64,000 nucleotides of DNA from an uncultured Gammaproteobacteria bacterium (GTDB taxonomy: Bacteria > Pseudomonadota > Gammaproteobacteria > Steroidobacterales > Woeseiaceae), in contig CAVOQS010000008.1 in NCBI GenBank assembly GCA_963698415.1, forward strand, positions 197,512 through 261,511, in the 5' to 3' direction. The notes beneath the pieces were generated by a model. That model ran no database searches and was not told where the DNA came from. It worked only from the letters and a program-made list of their open reading frames with translations. Of this stretch, positions 62,243 through 64,000 are shown piece by piece. How positions within the stretch are numbered: the stretch's first letter is position 1; each line of letters opens with the position of its first letter. The translations under genes were made by a program, and so were the position numbers.

Positions 62243-63091
62243 TCAGTCTTTTACGGTATACAGGTGCACATCCTGCTGCGGGAACGGGAATGAAATGTCC
62301 TCCTGGTCGAAGCGCTTCTTGATCGCCTCGGTCAGATCGAACATGACGCCCCAGTAGTCGGCCGTCTTGACCCAGGGCCGTACGACGAAATTGACACTGC
62401 TGTCTGCCAGCGCGGAAACCGCGATTGTGCAGGCCGGCTCGTCGAGAATGCGTTCTTCTGCGTCGACGAGTGCCTGCAGCGTCGAGCGAACCTTGTCGAG
62501 ATCGTCGCCATAGCTGACACCCACCACCATATCGACGCGGCGCGTTTCGTTGGCCGAGTAGTTGGTGATGATGCTGTCCATGATCTGGCCGTTAGGGACG
62601 ATGATCTGCTTGTTGTCACCGGTCTTCAGGACCGTGGTCAGAATCTGTACCTGTTCTACGACGCCGGCAATGCCTGCTGCTTCGATGAAATCACCCACCT
62701 TGTAGGGTCGGAACAGAACGATGAGCACGCCGGCAGCGAAGTTCGACAGGGAGCCCTGCAATGCCAGGCCGACTGCGAGTCCCGCGGCACCGAAGATTGC
62801 GATAAATGAAGTCGTCTGGATACCGAGCTGGCCAATCGCTGCGATGGCAACGATAACGAGCAGCACCATGCGCACGAGATTGCAGACGAAGGTCTCGAGC
62901 GTCTTGTCCACGTTCTGGGCCCGCATGACCTTGGAAATACCGCGCACGACCAGGCTGATAACAAACTTACCGGCATAAAAGATCGCGAGAGCGATGGCGA
63001 CATTGATACCGAAGTCGATGCCCTTGGTCTGCGCCAGTAGCAGCAGCGCGTCCCAGTCGAAGCCAAGATCGGGGATATTTGCAGCGTCCAT
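62243..63091 (-). CDS. Small-conductance mechanosensitive channel (MscS family)
   Basis: 282-aa ORF with 3 TM helices then the MscS beta domain (PYKVGDFIEAAGIAGVVEQVQILTTVLKTGDNKQIIVPNGQI). Confidence 0.85.
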   Translation of the reverse strand: MDAANIPDLGFDWDALLLLAQTKGIDFGINVAIALAIFYAGKFVISLVVRGISKVMRAQNVDKTLETFVCNLVRMVLLVIVAIAAIGQLGIQTTSFIAIFGAAGLAVGLALQGSLSNFAAGVLIVLFRPYKVGDFIEAAGIAGVVEQVQILTTVLKTGDNKQIIVPNGQIMDSIITNYSANETRRVDMVVGVSYGDDLDKVRSTLQALVDAEERILDEPACTIAVSALADSSVNFVVRPWVKTADYWGVMFDLTEAIKKRFDQEDISFPFPQQDVHLYTVKD

Positions 63092-63105
63092 TTATTCGTC
63101 CTTAT

Positions 63106-64000
63106 TTATTGTCCTGGAACTCCCTCGAAGCCGGGGCGGAACCGAAAAATTCGATAGGGCCCGCTCGCCTCGATGTGTTCACGAGATTGCAGAATTAGTT
63201 CGGGCAGCGCGCTGTCCGCAAGGTACAGGTAGCCACCGGGACCGAAGGATAATGCATCCGGCCACCGGATGTCCGGCGACTGAATGAGCGTCCTGAGCGC
63301 TCGTTCCTGCCCGACGACAAACACCGAACCGTGTTCGACGTCCGTGATGTAGACGTTGCCCTCAAGGTCGATGCTCATACCGTCGCTTAGCGGCTTGTCA
63401 CTGTAGCGCTCGACCCGGTTTGCGAGTTGCCCCGGTGGCAAACCTGTATCGCGAAGATCGGACAGCTTGACGCGAAACAGGCTGGATCCACTGAGTGCGC
63501 CGAAGTAAAGCCATTCATGGTCCAGGGCTATACCGTCGACGCCACCGCGCAGCGACGCGATACCGCCGAGGAACTTCATATCCCGATCCTGGCTGCGGAT
63601 CAGGTAATCCTCGGCCGATACGGTCCAATGCGACTCGAGAACGCGGCGCGCATCGCCAGTCTCGATGTCGTACACGATGATGGCGGGTGACTTGCGCCAG
63701 AAACTCGCGTCGGCGATAACAATCGTTCGGCCATCCACCGAAATCTGTAGGTCTTGCAGGAACGAGCCGGCCGGGGCGATATCGGGGCTCAATACCTGGT
63801 GGCGGAGAACTTCGTTCGTGTGCAGGTCGATGGCGACGATGCGAGCCGGACGCAGCCCGTGGTTGCCGTGGTCAATCGTCCAGAGCCGATCGAAGCGATC
63901 GATCGCAACGCCCAGTACCGTATCGAACAACTCCGCCTGCGCGGCACCGGACGGAAAGGGAACCGCTGCACCGCGTACGAATTCCAGCAACTTGTTGCCG
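63106..64000 (-). CDS. Beta-propeller protein (major royal jelly/yellow-like or SGL family), 5' end beyond window
   Basis: Reading frame is open to the window edge. Repeated propeller-blade pattern (GVAIDRFDRLWTIDHGNHG, GMSIDLEGNVYITDVEHG). Family assignment is tentative. Confidence 0.5.
   Translation of the reverse strand, partial: GNKLLEFVRGAAVPFPSGAAQAELFDTVLGVAIDRFDRLWTIDHGNHGLRPARIVAIDLHTNEVLRHQVLSPDIAPAGSFLQDLQISVDGRTIVIADASFWRKSPAIIVYDIETGDARRVLESHWTVSAEDYLIRSQDRDMKFLGGIASLRGGVDGIALDHEWLYFGALSGSSLFRVKLSDLRDTGLPPGQLANRVERYSDKPLSDGMSIDLEGNVYITDVEHGSVFVVGQERALRTLIQSPDIRWPDALSFGPGGYLYLADSALPELILQSREHIEASGPYRIFRFRPGFEGVPGQ

Overview
GC-rich chromosomal window with core synteny typical of Gammaproteobacteria: rhlB next to trxA-rho, and dsbD-aroQ-accB-accC-prmA-DUF3426-dusB-fis-purH-purD. 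I call about 60 protein genes. They include a cusCBA heavy-metal RND efflux operon and a run of proteostasis and oxidative-stress genes (dsbD, groESL, htpX, hsp20, msrPQ, a DsbA-like gene; later msrA, folE). The rest are assorted metabolic and envelope genes. I recognised no rRNA, tRNA, CRISPR array, integrase or transposase.

Strongest observations:
1. A complete T-box riboswitch leader with an AUC (Ile) specifier sits upstream of a type-2 (Thermus/actinobacterial-like) ileS. This is an unexpected pairing in this lineage.
2. A REP-like perfect palindrome family (core GGTACCGGACACC) has three copies. One sits inside the T-box terminator stem and one supplies the last codons of msrQ.
3. Reading-frame disruptions fall in two blocks. 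Four consecutive genes are hit at 42-47 kb (penicillin-acylase family, TerB-like, SDR, ileS). A decayed CDF / ECF-sigma locus lies at 60.5-62.2 kb.
4. A near-consensus LexA box lies inside the promoter of a PA0069-family radical SAM gene, which then looks almost leaderless.
5. A perfect CIRCE element abuts a sigma32-type promoter in front of groESL.

Everything here comes from reading the sequence and ORF translations and from remembered family signatures. No searches or folding programs were run.
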